DNA from: Octopus sinensis
Taxonomy: Eukaryota
Assembly (NCBI RefSeq): GCF_006345805.1
Contig: NC_043000.1
Coordinates: 102,362,001-102,426,000 of the forward strand
Reading direction: 5' to 3'
Length of the DNA: 64,000 nucleotides
Of the stretch, positions 24,746 to 36,199 are shown piece after piece. Below the pieces are notes generated by a model. That model was given only the letters and a program-made list of their open reading frames with translations, did no database searches and was not told the origin of the DNA. The translations under genes and the position numbers were made by a program. Every line of letters begins with the position of its first letter. Positions within the stretch are counted from its first letter, which is position 1.

Positions 24746-25137
24746 AGGCGCAGGAGCGGCTGTGTGGTAAGTAGTTTGTTTACCAACCACATGGTTCCGG
24801 GTTCAGTCCCACTGCGTGGAACTTTGGTCTTCTACTATAGCCTCGGGCCGACCAAAGCCTTGTGAGTGGATTTGGTAGACGGAAACCCGTCGTATATATG
24901 TATATATATATATATATATATGTGTGTGCTTGTGTGTCTGTGTTTGTCCCCTCCGCCCAAACTCCGCTTGACAACCGATGCTGGTATGTTTATGTCCCTG
25001 TCACTTAGCGGTTCGGCAAAAGAGACCGATAGAATAAATACTAGGCTTACAAAGAATAAGTCCTGGGATCGATTTGCGCGACTAAAGGCAGTGTCCCAGC
25101 ATGGCCGCAGTCAAATGACTGAAACAAGTGAAAGAGA
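24746..25137 (+). mobile_element. S2 (CORE-like) SINE, near full length
   Basis: Collinear with 42404-42805, including the internal TA/TG microsatellite. Confidence 0.9.
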
Positions 25138-25644
25138 ACAGAAGATATATTTATAATAATAATGATAATAATTTCAAATTTCGGCAAATGGCCAGCAATT
25201 TCAGGAGAGTGGGTAAGTCGATTACATCAAACCCAGTACTCAACTGGTACTTATTTTATCATTCCCAATTAGATTAACCTCGGCGGATTTTGAACTCTAT
25301 ACATGCCAACTTTGCCTTTCATCCTCGCGGAGTCGATAAAATAAGTATCACTTAAACATTGGATCCCGTGTAAACGTTTTATCCCCGTCCCAGAAAGAAG
25401 GTTATCCGCAAAATAGATTATTACTCTTATTGTCAAAGCGGTGAGCTGACAGAATCGTTAGCACGCCACACAAAATACTTAGCGGCATTTCGACCAGCTG
25501 TACATTCTGAGTTTCAATTACCACCGAGGTCCACTTTGCTTTTCATCCTTTCGGCGTCGATAATATATTACCAGTTGCGCACTGGGATCGATGTATTCGA
25601 CGAGCTGCTTCCCCACATAGGTGCCTAATGTTTATTTATTTATT

Positions 25645-25921
25645 TAGGTGCCCTTTTCAAGTCTAGCCAGACTCATTGGTCCGGTTTCCCGGTTTCTGTG
25701 GCGTATGTGTTCCCCCCAGTTGGACGGGATGCCAGTCCATCGCAGCGTTACCCAAGAAACAGGAAGAGAGTACAACAGGGGTCACCACCAACTTCTGTCG
25801 GAGCCTCGTGGAGCTTTTAGGTGTTTTCGCTCAATAAACACACACAACGCTCGGTCTGGGAATCGAAACCGCGATCCTCCGATCGCGAGTCCGCTGCCCT
25901 AACCACTGGGTCATTGTGCCT
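25645..25921 (-). mobile_element. tRNA-headed SINE family S3
   Basis: Minus: aggcacaatgacccagtggttagggcagcggactcgcg...gtttcgattcccagacc; body gtgtgtttattgagcgaaaacacctaaaagctccacgaggctcc; matches 27105-27475. Confidence 0.85.
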
Positions 25922-27104
25922 AATGTAGAAAGGGTTAATATAATTGTTAAAGCGGCGAGCTGGCAGTATTCGTAACACAACGGACAAAATGCTTAACGGC
26001 GGTTTTTTTTCTGACTCTTTACGAATCATTATTATTATTATTGTCATTGTTGCTGATGTTGTTGTTGTACTAGTAGTTGTATTTGGCTTGAGTGGGTGTG
26101 CTTTTGATCTATCTTGCTATTGACTTATGGTGAACTGTTTTATCCCCAGTGGATTTCCAAGTCAGAAATACGTTTATTGTATAACGTCTACACTTCATTC
26201 CTCATTATTTCATTTTATTTTTGTGTTTTCATAATCTTTGTCTTGTCCAAACTCATATGTTTAACGTTTATTGTATGAAGGCTCATGACTAAAAAAAAAA
26301 TTATTTTTATTAATGGATGGCGAGCTGGCAAAATCGTTAGAGCGTAAGACAAATATTTTGTGATATTTATTCTAGCACTTTACAATGCATTTCAACCTTT
26401 CATATTTGGCAAAATAAAGCACAGTGAAGTACTGTGGTCGATGGTGTCGATTTCTCCCCCACCCCTCAAAATTTTGCCTTAGTATCTAAATCAGAAATCA
26501 CCATTATTAGTATTGATCTGGGTGGACGTGTTTTTATTTACTCTAGTTATTGTCTTATGTTGAGCTGTTTTTCCCAAGGACTTTCAAAACTGAATAATTT
26601 TATAACGTGTAAGCCTGAGAAATTGTTTGATAAATTTTAAAAGGTAGAGAGTGATGTTCACTCTTAAAACTTAACACTTACTGGTGCGTTAGATATTATC
26701 ACATATTTAGCAGATATTAACACTTTCTGTCGCATTGGGAATTATCGCCTGTTTTACAAGAAATTGGATTAATATTCTATTACATGTTTTTTGTCGCATA
26801 GAGCTGTTTTACAAGGCAAATATTTTTATTCCAATGTTTTGTGCTCGCTTGTTTGGTTTGTTTGTTTGGTTATTTTGTTTGTTGTTTTTTTTAGGGGGGT
26901 GTCGTTAAAAAGAACCATTTCTAAAATATTCGTATATTTTATCGTTAATGTTTCAACTACATTCGTAATAACGACTAGTCAGTAAAAGCAGAAAAAAACA
27001 CGATTATGCATGTTTTAGAATAGTACACGTTTGAGTCTAAAAAATACCTAATATTAAAAAATAATTCTGAGAATACGTCAGATAGCAGCAGCAACAACAA
27101 GTGG

Positions 27105-27475
27105 AGGCGCAATGGCCCAATGGTTAGGGCAGCGGACTCGCGGTCGGAGGAGCGCTGTTTCGATTCCCAGACCGGGCGTTGTGTGTGTTTATTGAGCAAA
27201 AACACCTAAAGCTCCACGAGGCTCCGGCAATGGGTGGTGGCGACTTCTGTTGTACTCTTTCGCTCCAACTTTCTCTCACTCTTTCTTCCTGTTTCTTGTC
27301 CCGACCTCCTACGCAACCACTGAGCCTGGATTCAACCATCCGCCGATGCTCTCGGTGTCGGGGTTTGACCTGCTTTCTCTTCTGCGGGTCTTACGAATAG
27401 CAAAGGACCACGTTTCGGACTTCTCCCACTGCTCTGGGGCGAAGACCGCTTCGCTCAATAAACAAAAACAAAGCA
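27105..27475 (+). mobile_element. tRNA-headed SINE family S3 with extended 3' part
   Basis: aggcgcaatggcccaatggttagggcagcggactcgcgg...gtttcgattcccagaccggg; same body as the 25645-25921 copy. Confidence 0.85.
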
Positions 27476-27996
27476 GCAACAACAGTAATGTCATTGATAT
27501 TCACACATTGACACAAACGCCACCGAGTGAGGAGTGCACATAAGGAGCCAGTTTCGTCCAGATCCTGTTCATCACCTCCCGCATTGAATTTTTCAATATA
27601 AACAAAGAACATTTCAAAAACAGACAAAGCGATACAACTCTTATGAATACAAATATATCCATATAAATTGCATCTCTTTGCTCGAAGAATATATTCATTT
27701 GTATGTGCGGATAAAACTGACCTGCCTTTCTCTCACGATGGTGGGGAATTGCTTCATAATTTCAAAGAGAAAAACCAATCCAGATAAGCCCTGACAGATA
27801 TTTGTGATAGTATTTTGTATATACAGGAGAATAAAACCTTTGGATCCATATTCCTGACCTCGAAGAATAAAAAGACTAGAGTCAAATATAATCTGAAACT
27901 CCGCTCATAAGCTTGTGTTTCAGCAGTTGGCCAACGATAAAAGTGTAAATATGTAAAACTAAGACAATGAAATAATATTGTAAAATTCTGATTTCT

Positions 27997-28204
27997 TTAA
28001 GGTATCACCTGTTCATCACCTTGAGATGCTTTGACTTTTGTAGTACACAGTCTGTTCGTTTTTTGGCACGCTTCCCTTTCTGCAGCTATCTCTCTTTTCC
28101 TGAGACATTCTCTTTTCAGAGACATTCTGTTGGCTGACCTTGATATTGTAGACAAATTGGCATAACTACAGATTTCTGCCCTCACCGACTTTGGATTATC
28201 ATAA
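27997..28204 (-). CDS. Candidate terminal coding exon of an unknown host gene (68 aa to stop)
   Basis: Non-repetitive open frame YDNPKSVRAEICSYANLSTISRSANRMSLKRECLRKREIAAEREACQK...GDEQVIP*; acceptor cactaaaaaatatccatttttctgaaag with a CTAA branch-like motif and no intervening AG. No homology recognised. Confidence 0.35.
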
Positions 28205-28604
28205 CTTTCAGAAAAATGGATATTTTTTAGTGAAATCTTCTACGAATATGTAATATCATGTATATTCTGAATATACAAAATTTTGCGGTGTTAAGTGTTT
28301 TAGGAGGAGAGGGGTGGGGAATTTTTGAAAATTTACCGGAGTCCACTCCATTATAATGGAGTGTCCTGCATGTTGAAAACCTATATGGTCTTATTCATCC
28401 GAGGAAAGCGGGTTATTTCAAATCGATGTAATGCTTGCATTGATCGATTAAAAGGAACCGCTTGAAAGGGCCGTAATGCACTAATACCTGAACATCCTTG
28501 TTACCTATTTGCTATACACACACACATACATATGTATGTATGTAAGTATGCAGGTATGTATGTATGTATGTATGTACGTATGTATGTATGTATGTATGTA
28601 TGTA

Positions 28605-28678
28605 TGCGGCGAGGGGTAAACACACCAGCATCGGTTGTCAAGCGATGCTGGGAGGACAAGCACACAAACATACACACG

Positions 28679-28731
<53 letters not shown>

Positions 28732-28915
28732 TATATATATATACATATATACGACGGGCTTCTTTCAGTTTCCGTCTACCAAATCCACTCTCAAGGCTTT
28801 GGTCGGCCCGAGGCTATAGTAGAAGACACTTTCCCAAAGTTAAACCCAGTGGGACTGAACCCGGAACCATGTGCTTGATAAGCAAGCTACTTACCACACA
28901 GCCACTCCTGCGCCT
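28605..28915 (-). mobile_element. S2 SINE, 3'-truncated
   Basis: Reverse complement of aggcgcaggagtggctgtgtggtaagtagcttgct... Confidence 0.9.
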
Positions 28916-29292
28916 ATATGAAAGAATCACTAAGGAAATATACAAGATTATATTTCAAAAGTTTTGCAACTAAATAATTATATCTAACAACACTAAATCT
29001 AAAGCATATCTTCAAACCATAGATTTCCCTAGATGATACCTCACTTTACCTGACACACATCGGGCAATTGCACCAGCTCTCTTTTTGTTTTAGTCAGTAT
29101 TGGTGCTAAATCTTTCGTATTGCCTAAAGATTAAAAGTCTACCAGTCAAAGGTTTTTGTTTGCTTGTTTTCTTTTTTGTTTTGTTTTTATTTGTGTTTTT
29201 GTTTTCTGTTTTTTGTTGTTGTTCTTTTGGTGGGCGGTGCTATCGAACTAAATAATGAAAAATAAAACAGTCAACCTAAACTATTTTCTTGT

Positions 29293-29612
29293 AGACGTAG
29301 GAGTGGCTGTGTGGTAAGTAGCTTGCTTACATGGTTCCGGGTTCAGTCCCACTGAAAGAAGCCAGTCGTATGTATGTATATATATATATATATATGTATA
29401 TGTTTGTGTGACTGTCTTTCTCCCTCCAGCATCGCTTGACAACCGATGCTGGTGTTTTTACATCCCCGTAACTTAGCGGTTCGGCAAAAGAGACCGATAG
29501 AATAAGTACTAGGCTTACAAAGAATAAGTCCTAGAGTCGATTTGCTCGACTAAAGGCGGTGCTCCAGCATGGCCGCAGTCAAATGAGTGAAACAATTGAA
29601 GAAGTAAAAGAG
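29293..29612 (+). mobile_element. S2 SINE with internal deletion
   Basis: Head joins directly (gttcagtcccac|tgaaagaagcc), skipping ~75 bp present in 42404-42805. Confidence 0.9.
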
Positions 29613-30123
29613 TATTAACACGTTTAATAGATTAAGTATCTACAAGATAACTAAAACAATAAAAATATAGTGATGAGTCTCTACTCACTCCTCCGCCCCC
29701 AACCAATATACTTTCTTTCAGCTTTATTGGTGGCAGAATCAGTACAGCGTCAGGTAGGATGCCCCACGGTATTCGTCCCAGCTCCGTGTTGGGAGTTCAA
29801 ATTTCACAGGTCATTTTTACTTTACATCCTTTCGGGAACGATAGAAAAAATACCAGGATATGAGTTGATTCTTTTCATTTCCCCGTCTCTCTCTCCCCCC
29901 TTCTCTTCCTCCCTCTTCTTCTTCTTCTTCTCTCTGTAAGAAATCGATGCTATTTAGTACTGAAGTGGGATAGGCTACAACAGGTTTTAAAAAATTGTCA
30001 CGACGTCGTCCGTCCAACTCCACCAGGTGTTAAGGGCACAAGGAATGAAGGATATTGATATGCATAAACAAAATCATTCCATTTCGTCTGACATCATATA
30101 TGCTGATCACTTCAAAATCTTAC

Positions 30124-30160
30124 CGAGTAGAATATGCATCGCTAAGGAAGCCTATTAAAG
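30124..30160 (-). CDS. Candidate 37-nt internal exon
   Basis: tgtttcAG|ctttaataggcttccttagcgatgcatattctactcg|GTAAGA; open frame (A)LIGFLSDAYSTR; its phase-2 end is compatible with the candidate exon at 28204. Confidence 0.3.
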
Positions 30161-30426
30161 CTGAAACATGTACATGACTTTACCCAGTCTTTAAAACAAG
30201 ATCTTTTATTTCCGTCACGGTTCTTATTTTTTTCCCAAATAAATTTGATTATACTGACACTACTTTAATTAGCTCACTCGTTTGCATTTTTTTAAGTCTC
30301 AAGCACACGTAGAGATAGATTATATCTACTAATAAGACGGATAATTTTATCTAATTTAAGTTTTTCAACTCGATATATTACGCTCCATATCTTATTTAGT
30401 CTGCAGACATATTGTGTGTGTGTCTG

Positions 30427-30529
<103 letters not shown>

Positions 30530-31220
30530 GTGCAGTAACAGTGGATTGGTGCAATTGTCAGAGTATCGGACACAATATTTAGTTGCATCACTTTCTGTTC
30601 TGAGTTTATGTTCCGCCACTATTGAAATTACGTTTCATTGTTCCTGGGTCGATAGATAAAATACTAGGAAAGTAATGAGAAGGAGTCATCATAATGTATT
30701 ATAAGCGCCCACTAACTTTGTGGTTTTGTGCTAATGCTAAATATCAATATTATAACGTACCAAAATGAGGCAGAGTGCCGGCAGAATTGTTAGCATGTAA
30801 GGCTACGTAATTAACGGCATTTTTTTCCTATTCTTTACGTTCTGAATTCAAATTCTGTCGACTTTGCCTTTCATCCTTTTCTTTGTCGATAAATTAGTTA
30901 CTGGCTTTATTTCTAGATTAAAAGGAATTTTAATGTAGCGCGATTAAAATAAATTGATCGATATGGTTATAAATTAGAATCGGTAGAAAGTCAGACTAGT
31001 GTTTAGTCTTATTGCTTTATGTTCTGAGATCAGATCCCACCGGAGTTGCCCTTTCTTTCATCATTAGAGGGGCCTATGAAACAAAGTAGTAAAAATGAAT
31101 AAGTATTATCTCGATGTGAACGACTTTACCTATCGCCTGTAAATATATGGCCTCGAAGTTATGGTAGAATCTAATATCACTTTTAACCAGTGAAATATAC
31201 TTTCCATCTATAGAAGCAAT

Positions 31221-31408
31221 GCCTGAAATTTGGGAGGTGGGAGGATAGCCGGTTACACTGATCCAAGCTCTCAACTGGTACTTAGTTTATCGACCTCGAA
31301 AGGATGAAAGGCAAAGTCGACCTCAGCGGAATTTGAGCTCAGAACGTAAAACTGGAAGAAATGCCGCCAAGTATTGTATTCGTCGTGCTAACGACTCTGC
31401 CAGCTCGT
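31221..31408 (-). mobile_element. S1 SINE
   Basis: atcgacctcgaaaggatgaaaggcaaagtcgacctcagcggaatttgagctcagaacgtaaa...ctaacgactctgccagctcg. Confidence 0.9.
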
Positions 31409-32299
31409 TATTTATAAACATTGAAATATGATTCAATTGACAGTCATCTGATTTTTAAACTTGTGCTATAATAGGTATAATTATTCGTTCATTTTTCCTT
31501 CCATAATTTGGAAGTTTCGTCACACTGGCGGGGAAAAAGAGCTATACATTATTGAGGTCAAATCATCAGAAAAGCATTTGACATCCACAAAAATAACCTG
31601 TATGAAGATAATATTTTAAGGAAAATGAGGGAACCTTTGTGCATTTCTAATAGTTGTGCAAAACCTGATATTTTTGGGAGAGGTGTACAGCTGATGAAAT
31701 CAATCACTTGATGGAAAACACTGTGGAGGGATAGGAATACAGATCGTAAGGCGTTGTAACTCAATTTTGCAAAGCGTTTTGTCCGACACTGTACCAAACC
31801 GGCGCATCACAACCTTGGGGAAGCCTCTATTCGATCGCTTGATCTGCTGAAAAAGATCAAATAGTCCACTAGTCCACCATCTTAAAAACTTAAGAAAATA
31901 TTACATGATAGACAAGATGTATAAGAGGAGATTTTCATGGTTCGAAAATCTTCTATCACGAGGTAGTTCAGTTGAGGGTTAACCCAGCGACAACAACAAT
32001 ATTCACAAATAATAAATCAGTTTTAGCATTCAGATAGGAATAACATTCTTTTTAATTTGATTTATTTCTAGCGTCAGCATCATTGTCATCATTGCCTCAT
32101 TATTATCCGCTGCTGCAGCTATAATCGCCAACTCTTGGAACGTAGATGGTTTAACCGAGTTCTATAGAATTTTTTGTTTCTTTTTTCTTGTGTCAGTTGA
32201 ATCTTCTGACCTTTTTGATATCTTAGACACAATTTGATCTCCCATGACCCTCATACTGGATAGAGTAGCCATTCCAATATCGTAAATATTTCTAACATA

Positions 32300-33845
32300 C
32301 ACACAAGACCACGCAATTTATGGGGCGGTTGGAGCGAATACATCGACCTTAGTACTTAATGAATAACTTATATTATGACCCCGAAAAGATGAAATGCGAA
32401 ACTGACCTCGGCATGATTTGAAATCTATGCGCAGCGAACCGCTACTAAATACCACAAGACATTTCGATACATGCTCTAACAATTCGTGTATCTCACTAAC
32501 TTAATATTCTTTCTTATTTTGACACATTTTGAGGGGAAGGAGAAGTTGATTACAACGTCGCCGAAAGGAGGAAAGGCAATAATCGACATTGGTTGCATAT
32601 GAACTCGGGACATTAAGAACCAAAAGAAATGCTGCTACGCATTTCGTCCGATGTGCCAACAATTTTGCCAACTCGCCACTTTACTCACTGACTTAATATT
32701 AGTTTCAAAGTGTGGCACAAGGCTAGCAATTTCAAAGATCCCCAGTATTCAATTGGTACTTATTTTATCGTCCCCGAAGTGATGAGTGGGGAAGTCAATC
32801 TCGGATAATTTGAACTCAGAACGTAAAGACGGACGAACTGCCTATTTCTTTATTACCCACAAGGGGCCAAACACAGAGGGGACAAACAAGGACAGACATA
32901 GGTATTAAGTCGATTACATCGACCCCAGTGCTTAACTGGCACTTAATTTATCGACCCCCAAAGGATGAAAGGCAAAGTCGACGTCGGCGGAATTTGAACT
33001 CACAACGTAACGCAGACGAAATACCTATTTCTTTACTACCCACAAGGGGCTAAACACAGAGGGGACAAACAAGGACAGACTTAGGTATTAAGTCGATTAC
33101 ATCGACCCCAGTGCGTAACTGGTACTTAATTTATCGACCCCGAAAGGATGAAAGGCAAAGTCGACCTCGGCGGAATTTGAACTCATTTCGCCCGGCGTGC
33201 TAACGTTTCTGCCAGCCCGCCGCCTTGCTCATTGACTTAATATTAATATCGGTTTCAACTTTTTGCACAAGACCAGCAAGTTCGTAGTGGGAGGTTTAAG
33301 TCAATCACATCGACCCCAGCGCTCAACTAGTACTTATTTATCGACCCCGCAAAGATGAAAGGCAAAATTGACATTGACGGAATTTGAACTCATGATATTG
33401 GCTTCAAATTTTGACACAAGGTAGAAATTTCAGGGAGTGGGTAAGTCGATTATATCGACCTCAGTACTCAAGTGGTACTTATTTTATCGACTCCGAAAGG
33501 ATGAAAAGCAAAGACGACTTCACCAGAATTTGAACTGAGAATATGAAGATAAACGAAATGCCGCTAAGCATTTCGGCCGGCGTGCTAACGACTCTGCCAG
33601 CTCGCCGCCTTGAACTCAAAATCAATATTGATGTTGATTAAGGCGGCGAGATGGCAGAATCATTAAGACGCCGCATTTCGTCCGTCTTTACACCCTGAGT
33701 TCAAATTCCACCAAGACTGACTTTACCTTTCATCCTTTCTGAGTCGATAAAATAAGTACCAGTTGAACAATGGGGCCGATGTAATCGATTTACCCCTGCC
33801 GTCAATATTAATGGCCTTGTACCAGCATTTGAAACCAATATTAAT
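32300..33845. mobile_element. Cluster of ~8 stacked S1 SINE units, including a chimeric tandem array (32697-33226) and a head-to-head pair (33397-33611 minus / 33640-33842 plus)
   Basis: Repeated atcgacccc...aaaggatgaaaggcaaagtcgac...gaatttgaactc motifs at ~32400, 32570, 32790, 32960, 33150, 33350, 33500 (all minus) and 33720 (plus). Confidence 0.9.
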
Positions 33846-34795
33846 ATTGCTTTTTTTTTATATAGACACAACGCTTCTAGGGTAGTTGTGTATGGTCGAT
33901 TATATTGACTCCATTTCTTGGTAGATTTTTTTTTGTAATATATAAACTCTGGAAGGATCAAAGATATTTTTAATCTCGGTGAGATTTGAATTCAGAACAT
34001 TAAAGGCCCTCCGGTAGTCTATCGATTCAATAAATTCACAGGCCTTAATACATTAATATAAATAGGAAATTTTTTTAATAAATGCGTGACGTTTTTAAGA
34101 AATTTTACCAGCATATATTAGCTGGAAGAGTGACTCTGTACGGTCGCCCACCATGTTAGAAATGATAGCGAAATTTCCCCCGAATCATACTCTACTGTCG
34201 TAAAAATTTGTTGGAAACAACACAACAGATTTTATAGCACTCTATGTATTATACCTAAAGTGAAAAAGAAGCATGTGATGGTGATAGTAACGGTTGGGAC
34301 ATCTTTCATCATCGTTCTGTCAATCAGGGGCTACTTTCGAAATAAACAACTACTACCACAGCTAGCACCGCACCGCACCACCACAAACACCGCCACCATT
34401 GCCACCATCACCACTACTAGTAATACCAACATTACCACCACCATTACTACTACTACCATCACCAATATTACCACTACTACTACTATCACACTAGCACCAC
34501 CACTACCACTACTACCACCAACGTTACTTCTACTACTACATTTGTTGCTGCAACAACCACTACTGATGATGTGGATGATGATACTTTCGCAGCTGCAAAG
34601 TGAGATAATCATAGTTGAAAGAAATGAGTGACGCTTCCAAGTTCATTTATAACTGTCGCAGCTGTAAACTCTATTTGAGATGACAAACCAAGAAAATAGT
34701 CCCACCAGAACTCGCTCGATAAACGTGTAACATTTTCCAACTAAATTTTTCTAAAATCACACCGTACAGTCTGAAATTAATAAACATTGATAATG

Positions 34796-34856
<61 letters not shown>

Positions 34857-34877
34857 TAATAATAATAATAATAATAA

Positions 34878-35428
34878 ATGCGTAGCAGATGCTGTACCAG
34901 ACAGTGGCTATGCCCTGATGCAGTACCAGACAGTGGCTCTCGTGGTTTCTGATCTTAACTGATTGTACATTGTTTTGTCTTGGTATAAAAGATGGGCTAC
35001 AGCAAATATTCTGCTGAATACCACAGATTTGCTTTTCAGTTGTTTGACCTTAACCAGTTGAGCATGTCCCTTAGTGGCAGACGATATGTACATCTCTGAT
35101 CATGAGTAGAAGTAATGGGGGAGCATCATAGCCGTGTGTTGAGAGGAATTCTTTGGAAACATGGGTGGTTCGTTCAACAACCTTAAACAACCCTTATTCA
35201 GGGACCTTTTGTGCGGGATGGGCTACTCGACCTGAAGAAAATTTTAACTGGGTCGCACCTACAAGGTGTTGTGCTGTTTATCTTGATATGAGATCATCAT
35301 ATCGTGCATATATGGTTATGATGCATGTACCTGGTGTACCCTTATCAAACGGGTAGTCATGATGGGTATACTGGGCTCCATATATTTACCCCAGTGTCAC
35401 TTTGATGGCATGCACTGCTCTCTCACTC
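34878..35428 (+). mobile_element. ~550-bp non-coding element bounded by (TAA)n on both sides
   Basis: Starts right after (AAT)n with a duplicated 5' motif (..gtaccagacagtggct x2) and ends gcatgcactgctctctcactc|(AAT)n; partial copies at 15728-16106 and 21873-21929. Confidence 0.8.
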
Positions 35429-35462
<34 letters not shown>

Positions 35463-35476
35463 TAATAATAATAATA

Positions 35477-35890
35477 GAGTGATACAACACACACAAATGA
35501 AAGAGAAAATAAAGAAAGAATATTATTGTCGAGTTAGATCAATACTAAAAACAGAACTCAATGCTAAAAACAAGATAATAGGTATTAACACTTTAGCCGT
35601 CCCAGTTATAAGTTACAGCTACAATATTCTTAACTGGACACTAAATGAACTAACCAAAATAGACAGGAAAACAAGAAAAATAATGACAGGATCTAGGATG
35701 CACCACCCAAAATCTGACATAGAAAGGCTATGTATACAATGTATAGAAGGTGGTAGAGGCCTTATAAAGCTGGAAAACTATAATTTTAAAAAAAAACACC
35801 ATAGGACTCCAAAAATACCTACTTCAGCAGTAAGGAAAACTAATACAAATAGCCACAAAACACAAGCAAAACGAAAAAAATGTTCTCAGT
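35477..35890 (+). mobile_element. R4/Dong-like RT C-terminal fragment, lineage C
   Basis: MKEKIKKEYYCRVRSILKTELNAKNKIIGINTLAVPVISYS...IDRKTRK.MT..RMHHPKSDIERL......GGRGLI; begins at (AAT)n. Confidence 0.9.
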
Positions 35891-36199
35891 ATTTAAGGAA
35901 GCTGACAAATGGTGGTGGGTCGGTGTTGGGGATGAGTTTACTGTTGCTACTGGCGGTGGTGGGGCAGGAAATAGTGTTCTCGCTGGTGTTGTTACTTTTT
36001 GTTGTCATTGATAATTTCTTTTGCACCTGCGATGGTAAAGGTGTTGAAAGCAACGGAAATCTTTCATACACTTTGAGTACACTGTTGTTGTTGTTGCTGT
36101 TGTTGTTTTTCTTGTTGTTGTTGTTGTTGTTGTTGTTGTTCTTCTTCTTCTTCTTCTTCTTCTTCTTCTTCTTCTTTCTTCTTCTTCTTCTTCTAGTTA

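Noticed and set aside
27564-28021. Shared 14-mer cctgttcatcacct at 27564 and 28008 (GDEQ in both minus frames)
   Set aside because: No extension beyond 14 bp, and the downstream site lacks a pyrimidine tract; treated as coincidence.
32070-32290. Hydrophobic plus-strand frame (VSIIVIIASLLSAAAAIIANSW) after a good acceptor, and a 43-codon minus-strand frame
   Set aside because: Hydrophobicity comes from ATC/GCT triplet runs, donors are weak, and the two strands give competing frames; not supportable.
32843-33180. Regularly spaced repeats resembling a CRISPR array
   Set aside because: The whole 183-bp unit repeats with no unique spacers; eukaryotic SINE sequence, no cas genes.
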